A DNA stretch of 64,000 nucleotides from Geopsychrobacteraceae bacterium (GCA_963662315.1 OY759353.1:1984001-2048000); one strand, 5' to 3'; positions 30,600 through 42,432 are shown, counted from the first letter of the stretch. Made by a program: numbers and translations. The notes: generated by a model from the sequence alone, not told the origin.

Positions 30600-31126
30600 G
30601 GCAACAGATCCTTCACGTCAACAGGCTTTGACTCACCCGGGTTCTCGCCACGCTTGGCAGCGACCCCGATACCGCTATGCCGGTAGAAATTATATTCCGC
30701 ATTGTGCCCGCAATGATCAACCAGCAGATCCTCTTTCTCATAAACCAGCTTCAGGGGATCGCGGCCGGCCAGTTCAAAATCACCCGTTACCTGTATTGCC
30801 AGGGTCGGACAAGCCTCGGTACACAACCCACAGAAGATGCAGCGGGTAAAGTTGATCCGGAACCACTCGGCATAGCGCCTGCCGTCTTCGCCCTCGGCCG
30901 CCTGCATGGAAATGCAGTCGACGGGGCAGGCAGCACTGCACAGATGACAGGCAACGCAGCGTTCGTTGCCATCAGGATCACGGGTTAGCATCAGCCGTGC
31001 CCGGTAACGGGCAGACAATTGTGGTTTTTCTTCAGGATACGACTGCGTGACCGGTTTACGGAACATGTTCCGCAAAGTGACCCAGTAAGGTTGCAGTGTA
31101 CCGCGGATATCGCGCCAGATATGCAT
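30596..31126 (-). CDS. nuoI: NADH-quinone oxidoreductase subunit I
   Basis: Two CxxCxxCxxxCP motifs. Confidence 0.95.
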   Translation of the reverse strand: MHIWRDIRGTLQPYWVTLRNMFRKPVTQSYPEEKPQLSARYRARLMLTRDPDGNERCVACHLCSAACPVDCISMQAAEGEDGRRYAEWFRINFTRCIFCGLCTEACPTLAIQVTGDFELAGRDPLKLVYEKEDLLVDHCGHNAEYNFYRHSGIGVAAKRGENPGESKPVDVKDLLP

Positions 31127-31129
31127 TGC

Positions 31130-32122
31130 TTAGCCTATTCCCAACAGAATTGCACCGGTTACCAGAACGTTGAGCAGTGAAATCGGTAACAGAACCTTCC
31201 AGCCGAAATGCATCAGCTGGTCATAACGCAGACGCGGAACACTGGCCCGCGTCCAGATAAAGAAGAAGCTGACCATCAGGATCTTGATAATGAACCAGAC
31301 AACACCCGGCAGCCACGGACCATGCCAGCCACCGAGAAAAAAGACCGTAACCAGAGCCCCCAGAATGATCATGTTGATATATTCACCAACAAAGAACAGG
31401 CCGAAGCGCATGCCTGAATACTCGGTATGAAAGCCGGCAACAAGTTCGTTCTCAGCTTCAGGAAGGTCAAACGGGGTCCGCTTACTTTCGGCAAACACGC
31501 AGATCAGAAAAACCAGAAAAGCAACGGGATTAACCAGAATAAAGGGGAGCTTCTCCTGGGCCATAACGATATCGGTCAAGGAAAAAGAGCGCGCGATCAT
31601 AATCACCGGGACAATAGAAAGCCCCATGGCCAATTCATAACTGATCATCTGCGACAGGGCACGGATACTCCCTAACAGGGCATACTTGCTGTTGGAAGCC
31701 CAGCCACCGAGGGTCACCCCGTAAACAGCAATCGATGACATCCCCAGGACATAGAGAACGCCGACATTAAGATCCATGACCACCATGGGCAGTTGCTTGC
31801 CAAAAATTTCAACCGGTCCACTGAAGGGGACCACGGCAAAAGCCAGCAACGCAGTTACAGCAGAGATCCCCGGAGCGATCATGAACAGGAAACGATCCGC
31901 TCCGGCCGGCACGAAATCCTCCTTGGTGATCAGCTTGATAACATCTGCAAGGGGTTGTAGCATGCCAAACAATCCGGCACGATTTGGCCCGTAACGCAAC
32001 TGCATCCGCCCAAGAATTTTCCGCTCGGCCAATACCAGGTAGGCCGCCATGGTCAGGATGACGGCGAAAATCCCCACCAGTTTGGCCAGAATCAGGGCAA
32101 CAGTCAGTAGTGGATCAGTCAT
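31130..32122 (-). CDS. nuoH: NADH-quinone oxidoreductase subunit H
   Basis: ERK...RYGPNR, PFDLPEAE, RLRYDQLM. Confidence 0.96.
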   Translation of the reverse strand: MTDPLLTVALILAKLVGIFAVILTMAAYLVLAERKILGRMQLRYGPNRAGLFGMLQPLADVIKLITKEDFVPAGADRFLFMIAPGISAVTALLAFAVVPFSGPVEIFGKQLPMVVMDLNVGVLYVLGMSSIAVYGVTLGGWASNSKYALLGSIRALSQMISYELAMGLSIVPVIMIARSFSLTDIVMAQEKLPFILVNPVAFLVFLICVFAESKRTPFDLPEAENELVAGFHTEYSGMRFGLFFVGEYINMIILGALVTVFFLGGWHGPWLPGVVWFIIKILMVSFFFIWTRASVPRLRYDQLMHFGWKVLLPISLLNVLVTGAILLGIG

Positions 32123-34470
32123 GACAGCTCCTTACTGATCAGGCAGAAAACCAGTCCTGAAGTGGGTAGCGGAATTGGTAATGCCGGCGAATTTTCCAGT
32201 ATCACGCAATTTTCAGCGATGGTTTCATGACATTGTATCGGTAGAGTCAAAGGCGCCAGTTCTGAATCGATGACAACCATATCGCCATCTTGCAGATTCA
32301 GGCGCTGTACATCAGTGATATTCATCTGGACCTTGGCGGTGTCAACAAAGCGTGGTGCCAATTTTTCTGAGTTACGGCTGAACAGATCACTGCCATAACG
32401 GGCCGGAGTCACAATCAGATGAAACGATCCTGCTGGTTGTTCGGCAACCGACAACGCCTCGCGGTCGAGTGCCGGAACAGCAGCGACTCGAAGACCTTGA
32501 GATCCGGCCTGCACTTCGGCGAGACCGCCAAGCCGGGCTATTTGCCCGGACATGCGCTGGCGAACGGCAACAATGTCCTCACCGGAAGTTCCTAACAGAT
32601 AATTAAGTGCTGCGACAGCGGCAACCGGCTCACTACCAGGAGTGGTATCGGTGAATTGTCGCGAAGGATGACCATCTTCCAGACATTCATGTAACGGCAG
32701 CCCTGGCTCCATAACCGGCATAAAGCAGTTGATCCGCCCTTCGTTATTAATGAACGATCCCGCTGTCTCCAGTGGCGTGCGGGTCGGAATAATAATGTCT
32801 GCCTGACCAACTAACGCTGAATGCAGATAATCACAAACGACCAGAGTTTCAATCCCGGTCAAAGCGGCATCAATCCGGTCGCCAGCGCAAACTTCCATAA
32901 GCAGATCGGTTTCCAGGCAAACAAGCATTTTTACCTTGCCGCTTTCCAGCCGGCGGAGAAGATCCTCGGACGGGCGTTCCTGCAATACCGCAGTCCCAAA
33001 ACTGTTAGCGCCACCAAGCAGCGGATGCACCAGACACAGGCGCTCTTCATTTGAAGCCAGCAATGACAGCTTGTGCAGTTGCCGCAAGCCGATTTCTCCA
33101 AGCAAACCACCGCCGACCACGACCGGCTGTCTGGCTTTTTTAAGCAGCTCACGGATGTGCAAACTGTCAGCATTCCCATCCAGAATGTAATTGGCCAGAT
33201 CGGTAGGGTTTAAACGTTGATGGTCAAAATCAAAAGGAAGCTCTATGGCACGCGGATCATAAACAAAAACCTGACCACCATTGCGCACCGCCTGACGCAT
33301 GGCAAGCGCAAGCATAGGTGCTTCGGCCAGAGGATCGGCACCAGCGACAAAGATCACATCGGCCTGACGAACCTGTTCCAGACTGGCCAGTCGGTCAGAG
33401 AGATCATATGCAGCAACACTGGCGGTCGCCATATTTCCCACGTGCGGATTGAGCACAGGTTCCTGACAATTAAGCATTTTAGCCCACTGCTGCAACAGCC
33501 AGTTTGCCTCAAGAGACGCCCGCTCTGAACCGACCAGCAGAACCGCATCACGCCCATACAGGCGTACCGTCTCTTTGGCTTTCGCCTGCAGAGCGTTAAG
33601 CGCCGCCGCAACATCGACCACCTTGTTAGCAATGCGGGCCTGACGGGGCCGATCGCTGTGGTTGGCGTAGCTGCTGCCAAAACGCCCCCGGTCACAGATA
33701 AAGCTGCCGTTAACAGCAGGGTTATTGCCGCCGCGGACACGTTGAATCTCGCGATAGCGTCCGCCGGCAATCGTCGAACATCCCAGAGAACAGTGCGGGC
33801 AAACAGACGGCGCTTCCTGCAGATCCCAGAACCGCGACTTGAAACGATAGGTCTTATCAGTAAAAACACCGGTCGGACAGACATCAACGATATTGCCGGA
33901 AAAATCACTTTCCAGCATGCCATCCTTAAAACGCCCGAAGAACACCCGGTTGCGTGACCCGAGCACCCCGAAATCACGGCCACCACAGAAATCCTGGTAG
34001 GTCCTCACACAGCGATAACACTGTATGCAGCGGTTCATTTCCTGAACGACAAAGGGGCCAAGATCCTGATTCGTATAGGTTCGTTTGGGACCATCATAAC
34101 GCCGCCTGCTGTGACCACTGGAAATGGTCATTTCCTGCAGCTGACATTCGCCCCCTTCGTCGCAGACCGGACAGTCATGCGGGTGATTCATCATCTGCCA
34201 TTCACCAACCCGTTCGCGGAATGTCGATGATTTTTCATCGGTGGTCGAGACCACCATCCCCTCTTCGACCTTGATCAGGCAGGACATCTTGAGACCTTTG
34301 AAGGTCCCTTCTTCCACATTAACGGCACACATACGGCAGGCCCCCACGGCACCCAGCTCTTTGTGATAGCAGAAATGGGGGATAACGATGCCTAATTCTT
34401 CGGCAGCCTCAAGAACGGTTTTCCCTTCCGGGACTGTAATTGTCTGATTGTCTATCTTCAGTGTCGGCAT
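32119..34470 (-). CDS. nuoG: NADH-quinone oxidoreductase subunit G
   Basis: IPHFCYH, NHPHDCPVCDEGGEC, RCIQCYRC, CPHCSLGC. Confidence 0.95.
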   Translation of the reverse strand: MPTLKIDNQTITVPEGKTVLEAAEELGIVIPHFCYHKELGAVGACRMCAVNVEEGTFKGLKMSCLIKVEEGMVVSTTDEKSSTFRERVGEWQMMNHPHDCPVCDEGGECQLQEMTISSGHSRRRYDGPKRTYTNQDLGPFVVQEMNRCIQCYRCVRTYQDFCGGRDFGVLGSRNRVFFGRFKDGMLESDFSGNIVDVCPTGVFTDKTYRFKSRFWDLQEAPSVCPHCSLGCSTIAGGRYREIQRVRGGNNPAVNGSFICDRGRFGSSYANHSDRPRQARIANKVVDVAAALNALQAKAKETVRLYGRDAVLLVGSERASLEANWLLQQWAKMLNCQEPVLNPHVGNMATASVAAYDLSDRLASLEQVRQADVIFVAGADPLAEAPMLALAMRQAVRNGGQVFVYDPRAIELPFDFDHQRLNPTDLANYILDGNADSLHIRELLKKARQPVVVGGGLLGEIGLRQLHKLSLLASNEERLCLVHPLLGGANSFGTAVLQERPSEDLLRRLESGKVKMLVCLETDLLMEVCAGDRIDAALTGIETLVVCDYLHSALVGQADIIIPTRTPLETAGSFINNEGRINCFMPVMEPGLPLHECLEDGHPSRQFTDTTPGSEPVAAVAALNYLLGTSGEDIVAVRQRMSGQIARLGGLAEVQAGSQGLRVAAVPALDREALSVAEQPAGSFHLIVTPARYGSDLFSRNSEKLAPRFVDTAKVQMNITDVQRLNLQDGDMVVIDSELAPLTLPIQCHETIAENCVILENSPALPIPLPTSGLVFCLISKELS

Positions 34471-34475
34471 AATAT

Positions 34476-35753
34476 TTATCGTCCGAACGGGCAACAGCCC
34501 TTATCAATATGGTCTACAAGTTCCTGCTCAAAATGGGTTAACAAACCGGTAACCGGCCCCATGGCACCTTCAGCCAGAGCACAGAAGCTATGCCCTGAAA
34601 TGTTTTTCAACTGCTCTTTGAGCATCGCCAGGTGCTCGCGCGTCCCTTGACCGTTTTCAAATTTTTCGAGTAACCAGCGCACCATGGTCAAACCGTCACG
34701 ACAAGGGGTGCACCACCCACAACTCTCGCGGGCAAAAAAGCGGATCAGGTTCAATGTTGCCCCGACCATACAGGTCCGGTCATCGAACACAGTTACGCCT
34801 GCTGTGCCAAAGCGGCTGCCGACCTTTTCCAGCGAACTGAAATCAAGGGCGACATCCATATGTTCCGGAGTCAGGTACGGGGTTGAGGCGCCACCAGGCA
34901 AACAGGCCTTGAAAGAGCGTCCCTGCCAGACCCCCTGACCATAGTTTTCAACCACTTCACGCAGTGAAATACCAACCGGCAATTCAAAACACTCGGTCCG
35001 ATTAAGGTGTCCGGACAGGCCAAACAGCTTGGTACCCGAGCCTTCCGGAGTCAGTGCCAAATCGCGGAACCAATCCGCTCCGCCGTTAATAATATGAGGA
35101 ATATTGGCAATGGTTTCGACGTTGTTAACGGTTGTCGGACGGCCAAACAAACCTCGGGTCGCCGGAAACGGTGGTTTCATGCGGGGATTGGGGCGTCGAC
35201 CTTCCAGACCATTGAGCAGTGCCGTTTCTTCACCGAGAATATAGCGACCGGCACTGCCATGAACATGCAGTTCAAAATCAAACCCGCTACCCAGAATATT
35301 CTTGCCGATAAAGCCGGCCTCTTTCGCTTCGGCAATGGCACGGCGCAAGTTCTCGGCCTGCTTTTCATAAGCATAGCGGATAAAAATGTAACCGACATCG
35401 GTCTGCAGGGCATAAGCTGAAACAATCATCCCCTCAACCAGCTGATGAGGATCGGCCGCCAGCAGAACACCATCCTTATAGGTTCCCGGTTCCATCTCGT
35501 CGCAGTTACAGACCAGGTACTTGGTTCCCGGTGCATCGGACGGGAAAAATGACCACTTCACTCCAGTCGGAAAACCGGCACCACCCCGGCCACGCAGAGA
35601 TGCCGCCTTAACCAGATCGCGCAGTTCCTGAGGAGACATGGAGGTGAAAACCTTTTTTAAAGCTTCATAGCCACCAGTCGCCCGATAGTCGTTCATAAAG
35701 ACAGTTTCACCCGGTCGGCGATTTTTGAATAACAGTTGTGGTGTATCGCTCAC
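34476..35753 (-). CDS. nuoF: NADH-quinone oxidoreductase subunit F
   Basis: LRGRGGAGFPTG, GEETAL, ESCGWCTPCR. Confidence 0.96.
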   Translation of the reverse strand: MSDTPQLLFKNRRPGETVFMNDYRATGGYEALKKVFTSMSPQELRDLVKAASLRGRGGAGFPTGVKWSFFPSDAPGTKYLVCNCDEMEPGTYKDGVLLAADPHQLVEGMIVSAYALQTDVGYIFIRYAYEKQAENLRRAIAEAKEAGFIGKNILGSGFDFELHVHGSAGRYILGEETALLNGLEGRRPNPRMKPPFPATRGLFGRPTTVNNVETIANIPHIINGGADWFRDLALTPEGSGTKLFGLSGHLNRTECFELPVGISLREVVENYGQGVWQGRSFKACLPGGASTPYLTPEHMDVALDFSSLEKVGSRFGTAGVTVFDDRTCMVGATLNLIRFFARESCGWCTPCRDGLTMVRWLLEKFENGQGTREHLAMLKEQLKNISGHSFCALAEGAMGPVTGLLTHFEQELVDHIDKGCCPFGR

Positions 35754-36262
35754 CCTTGGGCCTCCTGTCTCAGATCAGATAGCAACTTATCAACCTTCTC
35801 CTTGGTCAAAGGCCCGTAGAAAGACTGATGAATCATTACCCCGGGAGCTTGTCCGCAGCCCCCCAGGCAACAGGAAGGAAGGAGGGTAAATAACCCATCT
35901 TCGGTCGTTTCACCAAAGTTAATCCCCAGTTTTTCCTGCAGATAGGCGGCAATTTCGTCACCACCACGGGTCCAACAACAGATGGAATCACAAATGTGAA
36001 TCGGATAACGCCCTGCCGGGTAGCGTAATATTTTATCGTAAAATGTGGCAATCTCATCAACTTCCAGAGGGGTTAACCCCAGAATCTGGGCCGTTAGTTC
36101 AACCCCGGAATCGGGCACCCAGCCATGATTCTTCTGAATCGCCCGCAGAATATCGACAATTAATTCACGTGGATGCTCAATCTGACCGGCATGATGAATA
36201 AATTCAGCCAGCTCCTCTTCTGACAACAGACCGTCAGCATCCAGCATTTCTATTTTGGCCAT
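35750..36262 (-). CDS. nuoE: NADH-quinone oxidoreductase subunit E
   Basis: ATFY, CDSICC, CCLGGC. Confidence 0.94.
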   Translation of the reverse strand: MAKIEMLDADGLLSEEELAEFIHHAGQIEHPRELIVDILRAIQKNHGWVPDSGVELTAQILGLTPLEVDEIATFYDKILRYPAGRYPIHICDSICCWTRGGDEIAAYLQEKLGINFGETTEDGLFTLLPSCCLGGCGQAPGVMIHQSFYGPLTKEKVDKLLSDLRQEAQG

Positions 36263-36307
36263 AAGCGTTCCAAATCATCTCTAGAGATAAAAGAATACGT
36301 TTCATTA

Positions 36308-38689
36308 TTAGCGATCGAGGTCAGCCAGGACAAAATCTACAGACCCGGTATATGCGACCATGTCTGACAGCAGATCCCCCTTACAAACCCACGGCAGCGA
36401 CTGCAGGTGAGCGAAGGACGGCGTACGGATACGACAGCGGTAAGCGCTGTTGCCGCCATCACTGACCAGATAGTAACCACATTCCCCTTTACCCGATTCC
36501 GTTGCCCGGTAACACTCACCGACCGGTGCGGCAATGCCGGTGCTAACGTTAACAAAATGATGAATCAGGCTTTCAATGTTTTCCAGACCATCCTGACGCT
36601 GAGGATAAGCGTAACGATAATCGTCCGTCATCCAGCGCCCTTCCGGCATCTCTTTGGCAGCCTGCATGACGATGCGTAACGATTGGCGCAGTTCCTCAAG
36701 GCGCACGACATAACGGGCAAAGTTATCGCCACCGGTCGCCGTTGCGACCTTAAAGTCGAAGTTTTCGTAACCTCCATACGGCATATCACGGCGCAGGTCC
36801 CAATCAACCCCGCTAGCCCGCAGGTTTGGCCCAGAGAACCCCCAATCAATGGCATTTTCACGTGAGACAGTACCAACACCTTCAGAGCGCATACGGAAAA
36901 TCTTTCCGTCCCTTAACATACTGTCAAGTTCATCGATACGGGCACTGAAAGTGCCGGTAAACTTGTCGACCATCTGCTTCCAGCCATCCGGCAGGTCAAG
37001 GGGAATCCCACCGATACGCAACCAGGACGGATGCATCCGGCCACCGGTGATCATTTCGACGATATCGAAAATCTTCTCGCGCGATTCGAAGCAGTAGAAA
37101 ACCGGGGTCATGGCGCCAATATCATGGGCATAGGTCCCGAGCCAGACCAGGTGGTTGGCGATACGGAACAGTTCCCCCAACATAATGCGGACGTATTGGG
37201 CCCGTTTCGGCGCCTGCACGCCCAACATGGTTTCCAGGGAATGCAGATAAGCCATGTTGTTGAGCACACCAGAGAGGTAATCGATACGATCGGTGTAGGG
37301 AATAAATTGCGCCCAGTGCTGACGTTCACCGATTTTTTCAGCACCCCGGTGATGATAGCCAAGATCAACATCAATATCGGACAGCTCTTCACCGTTCATG
37401 CGCAGCACCAGACGTAACACCCCATGGGTCCCTGGGTGGTGCGGACCTAAGTTCAACACCATACTGCCATCATCAGCCCCTTCCAGAGGAACCAGCTGGT
37501 CTCCCAACAGCGGCGGCAGGTTATAAGCTTCTTTCGAAGTAAAAGGAGCCATCTCGGTGGCCCGCGACGGATGTTCCTTCCGCAACGGGTGGCCGGGCCA
37601 ATCGGCCGGCATCAGAATACGGCGCAAATCCGGGTGGGCGGTGAAATGAATGCCGAACATGTCGAAGACTTCACGCTCATACCACTCAGCGGAAGGCCAG
37701 ACACTGGTAATACTGGTAATTTCCGGATATTCCCCAACCAAGGGGACCTTAACCCGCAGGTACCCGGGAGTTGAGAAGCTGAGCAGGTGATAAACCATGG
37801 TAAACTGGTGGCCGGGCCGCTGCTGGCGATAGCGTTCGTCAATTGCGGTCAGGTCTTCCAGCCGTTGATAACCGGGTTTAACCTCATGTTTGAGGAAACT
37901 GAGCAGATCTTTGATCAGTTCCGGCGGACAGTTCAGGACCGGCATATCCGCAGCTAACGGATCAGGCGTGACACGTCCGTTAAAGCGTTCGATAACCTGA
38001 CGATAAACATCTTCAGTGGTGGTTGGGAAAACCTGTTTCGGCTGGCTTGGCCGCAGGATATTGCCACTGCGATCGGTTGAAAAGTTCGGTGGTTGTTGCG
38101 CGGTTCCGCGAATCGGACTGTTTCCATAGCCGGGACCACGGGTATCACGGCTCTTGGTCACGCCGTCAACCAATGGCGGAACCGTTGTACCTTCGGAACC
38201 GCCTTGCATACCCAGCACTTTACGGGTCGGTTGTTCTTCGGCAACGATTTTCTTCTGCAGTTCAACGATCCCCTGCAAAAAGGCTTCAGGACGTGGCGGA
38301 CAACCAGGGATATAAATATCAACCGGAAGAATCTGGTTGACCCCCTGCATGACACTGTAAACATCATACATGCCACCGGAGTTGGCGCATGAGCCCATGG
38401 CGATAACCCATTTGGGGTTCGGCATCTGCTCATAAACCTTGAGGATCGAGGTGCCCATCTTTTTGAACGGCGTCCCCGACACGATCATCACGTCCGACTC
38501 GCGCGGCGTACCGCGCAGAACCTCGGCGCCAAAACGCGCCAGGTCAAAACGTGGCGTCATGCTGGTCATCATTTCGACAAAACAACAGGACAACCCAAAG
38601 AACATTGGCCAGAGGCTGTACTTACGCCCCCAGTTGATAAGATCATCTGCCCGCGTCAGCAGAACTCCCTGCGGCAGTTTCTCGCTCAT
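36308..38689 (-). CDS. nuoBCD: fused NADH-quinone oxidoreductase subunit B/C/D
   Basis: NuoB GLSCC/PGCPPRP, Nuo[16 protein letters not shown] and Nuo[10 protein letters not shown]...DLDR in one ORF. Confidence 0.95.
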   Translation of the reverse strand: MSEKLPQGVLLTRADDLINWGRKYSLWPMFFGLSCCFVEMMTSMTPRFDLARFGAEVLRGTPRESDVMIVSGTPFKKMGTSILKVYEQMPNPKWVIAMGSCANSGGMYDVYSVMQGVNQILPVDIYIPGCPPRPEAFLQGIVELQKKIVAEEQPTRKVLGMQGGSEGTTVPPLVDGVTKSRDTRGPGYGNSPIRGTAQQPPNFSTDRSGNILRPSQPKQVFPTTTEDVYRQVIERFNGRVTPDPLAADMPVLNCPPELIKDLLSFLKHEVKPGYQRLEDLTAIDERYRQQRPGHQFTMVYHLLSFSTPGYLRVKVPLVGEYPEITSITSVWPSAEWYEREVFDMFGIHFTAHPDLRRILMPADWPGHPLRKEHPSRATEMAPFTSKEAYNLPPLLGDQLVPLEGADDGSMVLNLGPHHPGTHGVLRLVLRMNGEELSDIDVDLGYHHRGAEKIGERQHWAQFIPYTDRIDYLSGVLNNMAYLHSLETMLGVQAPKRAQYVRIMLGELFRIANHLVWLGTYAHDIGAMTPVFYCFESREKIFDIVEMITGGRMHPSWLRIGGIPLDLPDGWKQMVDKFTGTFSARIDELDSMLRDGKIFRMRSEGVGTVSRENAIDWGFSGPNLRASGVDWDLRRDMPYGGYENFDFKVATATGGDNFARYVVRLEELRQSLRIVMQAAKEMPEGRWMTDDYRYAYPQRQDGLENIESLIHHFVNVSTGIAAPVGECYRATESGKGECGYYLVSDGGNSAYRCRIRTPSFAHLQSLPWVCKGDLLSDMVAYTGSVDFVLADLDR

Positions 38690-39129
38690 CCGACTCTCCT
38701 GTATTGACTGCGCTTGTTACGTGCCCCCCACTCCAGAGCACCAACCTTCCACAAATAAACCAGACCAAGGAACAACAGAACGATGAAGAAGGTGATTTGC
38801 CAAAACCCGACCCAACCAAGCAGGTCATAAGCGATAGCCCAGGAAACCACAAAAATTGCTTCTATATCGAAAATGATAAAAAAGATAGCGACCAGTGAGA
38901 AAGGAACAGCCTGTCTCAGCTTAGCTTCTCCGGTGGGAATGATTGCTGATTCATAGGGTGCATCCTTGTCCGGAGAATGAGTCCGGTTGCCCAGAAAACG
39001 GGCAAGCATCATCAGCAACAGAATAAGCCCCGTGGAAATCAGGGCGTAGAGGGCAAAAGAAAGGTACCCTTCGACACTTGGCGGGCCGGAATTGGCCATC
39101 GCCTGTGCAGTTTGCGCAGAAACGGACAT
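38686..39129 (-). CDS. nuoA: NADH-quinone oxidoreductase subunit A
   Basis: PYES, FIIFDIE, GALEW. Confidence 0.94.
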   Translation of the reverse strand: MSVSAQTAQAMANSGPPSVEGYLSFALYALISTGLILLLMMLARFLGNRTHSPDKDAPYESAIIPTGEAKLRQAVPFSLVAIFFIIFDIEAIFVVSWAIAYDLLGWVGFWQITFFIVLLFLGLVYLWKVGALEWGARNKRSQYRRVG

Positions 39130-39266
39130 GACACCTCTATTTTTCTAAAAAAACATTGAAATTCATCAAAAATGTACCGCAACGAAAAAAATACTAGCAC
39201 ACTTTCGACACCCCGGAGAAGAGCTCGCCGCTAAAAAATAAACCTAACAGACGCTCCACCATCCTT

Positions 39267-39716
39267 CTAGTTGGAATTTTTTTCAATTTCGCTGCGCGCC
39301 AGCTCATCGCACCGTTCATTTTCAGGATGGCCAGCATGCCCCTTGACCCAAACCCACTCGATCTCGTGCTGTTCGGCAAGCTCAAGTAAGCGTTGCCAGA
39401 GATCGCGATTGGCCACCTCTTCCTTTTTCGAATTTTTCCAGTTTTTCTTCTGCCAGCCGGATATCCACTCTGTCATCCCTTTGACCAGATACTGTGAATC
39501 AGTCACGACCCTGACAGAGCAGGATCGCTTGAGCGCTTCCAGTCCACTAATCGCACCCAGCAGTTCCATGCGGTTATTGGTTGTTTCAGGAGCAAACCCT
39601 GACAACTCCTTTTCATGCTTCCCACTGCGTAAAATAGTGCCGTAGCCTCCAGGGCCAGGATTACCCGAACAGGCCCCATCAGAAAAGATTTCTACAAACG
39701 ATTTACATTGAGTCAT
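39267..39716 (-). CDS. rnhA: ribonuclease HI
   Basis: [37 protein letters not shown]. Confidence 0.97.
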   Translation of the reverse strand: MTQCKSFVEIFSDGACSGNPGPGGYGTILRSGKHEKELSGFAPETTNNRMELLGAISGLEALKRSCSVRVVTDSQYLVKGMTEWISGWQKKNWKNSKKEEVANRDLWQRLLELAEQHEIEWVWVKGHAGHPENERCDELARSEIEKNSN

Positions 39717-39927
39717 AAATAAAAAATTCGCATCAGATAATAAGAGTGGCAGAACCAAACTGATAACCTTTGAGGTTATCAAATATTAGATAGCACCTAC
39801 ACAGACTTGAAGTCTAGCGCTGAAACAAGGAATTCTTCTTCCTTATTCAAGAGTAGAGAATAGAATCTGATTGTCAATGAAGTTTATCAGCCGATTTTAA
39901 AGGGTGAAGCGATCCATAGCAGATCAG

Positions 39928-40197
39928 AAATAAAAAAAGCCCTCTGCCGTTGCAAGGCAGAGAGCTTTTTAAAATTGGCGTCCCCAGGGGGATTCGCCCA
40001 CTACGGCCAGAACTTCACGTTCACGCCTGCGTCGGCTCCCCTCCGCTCGCTGACGCGGCCATCCCTGGCCGCTGTTCAGACATTAAGTCTGCGCTCACTA
40101 CGCTTCGAATCCCCTGACTTGCTATATTTAAATAAAAAAGCCCTCTGCCGTTGCAAGGCAGAGAGCTTTTTAAAATTGGCGTCCCCAGGGGGATTCG
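39928..40197 (-). repeat. tRNA-linked repeat: duplicated 3' 21 nt of tRNA-Glu plus terminator, separated by a hairpin-rich spacer
   Basis: 39928-39996 is near-identical to 40130-40197. Confidence 0.88.
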
Positions 40198-40254
40198 AAC
40201 CCCCGTCGCCGCCGTGAAAGGGCGGTGTCCTGGGCCAGGCTAGACGATAGGGAC
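40177..40254 (-). tRNA. tRNA-Glu (TTC), copy 1
   Basis: Cloverleaf; CCGCC-CTTTCAC-GGCGG anticodon arm, GGTTCGAATCC, CCA end. Confidence 0.97.
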
Positions 40255-40464
40255 TTACTGGCCTCCCGCAAAGTTGCGCGAGAAGCATTTAATACCTAAA
40301 GAGACAAAAAGTTGCAAGCAAAAAAACACAATAATCACAAGAATCGCATCGGTTGCAAACCCAAGCTGACGGCAGCTTGGGTGACCGTGCCCCAGGCAGG
40401 CAATCCCGGATGAGAATCAATGCCGAATCGTGCCAATGAAATGACTGAAGCCTCTGTCTATGAC

Positions 40465-42432
40465 CTAGGTCAACTGCCGCAGCCAGTAGAAATCATACCC
40501 AGGAACAACCAGACTGTCACTGAACGATTCGGGCCGTTCACCACGCACCAGATCGATGAACTGCCCATACTGAGGAGCCCAGCTTCCCAGGTCTGAAAAA
40601 CGCAGCGACTGAGGCTGGTGGCTGAAATTTGCGACGATCAGAACCTTTTCGCCCCGCGGCCCAGCCGGATAGCGGCCGAACACAAACAGATGGGGGTTGC
40701 TGACATCAACTAACTCACGGTTATTAAAATCAGCGAAAGCCGGCAATTCCTTACGCACCGCGATCATTCTTTTCAAAGCGCTGAATATTTTATATTCAAT
40801 GCTGCCGGGGATATTACGCCGAGCCGCTTGTTCCCAATCAATAGCCGGACGATGAACCCAGCGACTATCCCACTGCTTATCCGGATCGTTACGGTAAGAG
40901 TCATCATTCAATGCCCCCAACGCATCACCGTAATATAGCAGGGGGATGCCGCCGAAGGATAGGATCATGCCGTGCAACAACAAAATCAACTGAATCGCGT
41001 CGCTGACAGCCCTATCGTCATCAATCTCCAACGCGTATTCAAGCCCGACCAATGATGCCAGAGATCCGGAGATCCGGGCATCACCGGTTTTATCATTCTG
41101 CCCAAAGGGCAAGCCACGCGCATGACTTCCCTGATATTTACCCGTGAAATAATCAACCAGGTACTGGCGATGCTGTTTGGGATCGTAACCACACTGAACG
41201 ATATCACGATCATCAAAACCAAAACCGATATCGTCATGGCAACGCACATAATTCAGCCAGGTTGCACGATCAAGCTTACCTGGTAGGCTCTTGATCCCTT
41301 GATTGAGCAACCGGGCATTTTTAGTCGCGACAGCTTCCCACAGCAGAGACATGAAAGTTGCGTTGTAGGCAATTTCACACTCTTTGGCAATGACCGCATC
41401 CTCTCCGAAGTACTTAATTACCTCAAACGGCGCAACAATCGCCTCGGCAATAAAGACCACTCCCGGAGCTGTAACCTGACAACAGTCCTTGAACAATTGC
41501 AGAATCAGATGCGCCTCCCGCTCATTCTGGCAGGTACTGCCGATTTTTTTCCACAGGAAAGCAACGGCATCAAGACGCAGGATATCAACCCCACGGTTGG
41601 CCCAGAATAATATAATATTGAGCATCTCAATAAAAACGGCAGGGTTACTGTAGTTCAGATCCCACTGAAAGTCATTGAAGACGGTCATCACCCAGCGCTG
41701 CATCTGCTCATCCCAGGTAAAATTCCCCGGGGCGGTTTCCGGAAAAATCTCCGGCATACTCTGTTCAAACATATCGGGAATGTTACGGGTCGCAAAGGTA
41801 TAGAAGTAGTCCTGATAGAGTTTCGCACCCTGGCGGGCCTGCTGGGCCCAATAATGGGTATCCGAGGTATGATTAACGACGACATCAAGAACCAGCAGAA
41901 TATCACGGGCGCGCATTTCGTCCGCCATCAACTCCAATTCGTCAAGCGTTCCGATATCCGGATCGATTTCACGGAAATCGCTGACCGCGTAACCACCGTC
42001 ACTCTTCCCCGGCGGACATTTCATAATCGGCATGACATGGACCAGATTAACTCCCAGTTCCTGGAAGTAGGCTAGCTTGTCACGCAGGCCATTGATATTG
42101 CCGGCAAAACCATCACAGTAAAGAGCCATACCGACCCATTGCTGGCTGAGAAACCAGTTGTAATCTTTCTCCCGCTCCAAATCGATCTGGCGCAGATGAT
42201 CGGGCCGGGCGATATATTGGCGAGCCATAGTCTCCACCAGATTCTGTGCCTGCGCGGCAAAATCCTCACGCTGCCCGTAAAGCTTTTCAAACAGGGAATG
42301 GATGGCATAAAAGTTGGCCCCAAGCCGGGTATAAAAGTGGCGCAGATCCTGACGGGAGATTTCCGGCTGAATGCGATTCAGAATATCATTGAGAAGTGAG
42401 TGGGCTACCTGTTCATACATAGTTGAAATCAC
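40465..42432 (-). CDS. amylosucrase (GH13)
   Basis: DGGYAV, NHTS, RLDAVAFLWK, AEAIV, YVRCHDDIG, RISG. Confidence 0.88.
   Translation of the reverse strand: MISTMYEQVAHSLLNDILNRIQPEISRQDLRHFYTRLGANFYAIHSLFEKLYGQREDFAAQAQNLVETMARQYIARPDHLRQIDLEREKDYNWFLSQQWVGMALYCDGFAGNINGLRDKLAYFQELGVNLVHVMPIMKCPPGKSDGGYAVSDFREIDPDIGTLDELELMADEMRARDILLVLDVVVNHTSDTHYWAQQARQGAKLYQDYFYTFATRNIPDMFEQSMPEIFPETAPGNFTWDEQMQRWVMTVFNDFQWDLNYSNPAVFIEMLNIILFWANRGVDILRLDAVAFLWKKIGSTCQNEREAHLILQLFKDCCQVTAPGVVFIAEAIVAPFEVIKYFGEDAVIAKECEIAYNATFMSLLWEAVATKNARLLNQGIKSLPGKLDRATWLNYVRCHDDIGFGFDDRDIVQCGYDPKQHRQYLVDYFTGKYQGSHARGLPFGQNDKTGDARISGSLASLVGLEYALEIDDDRAVSDAIQLILLLHGMILSFGGIPLLYYGDALGALNDDSYRNDPDKQWDSRWVHRPAIDWEQAARRNIPGSIEYKIFSALKRMIAVRKELPAFADFNNRELVDVSNPHLFVFGRYPAGPRGEKVLIVANFSHQPQSLRFSDLGSWAPQYGQFIDLVRGERPESFSDSLVVPGYDFYWLRQLT

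Noticed and set aside
36308..38689. NuoB-C-D triple fusion as a novelty
   Set aside because: Already known from Geobacter-type complex I operons
25121..38898. Many antisense or nested ORFs in the nuo operon and other genes
   Set aside because: Shadow frames of well-supported genes, with no motifs
39975..40288. ORFs over the tRNA-Glu region (also 46518-46709, 54647-54844, 62190-62414)
   Set aside because: Shadow ORFs of tRNA genes
40420..40436. Sigma-54 promoter-like TGGCACG
   Set aside because: GG-to-GC spacing is 9 nt rather than the required 10
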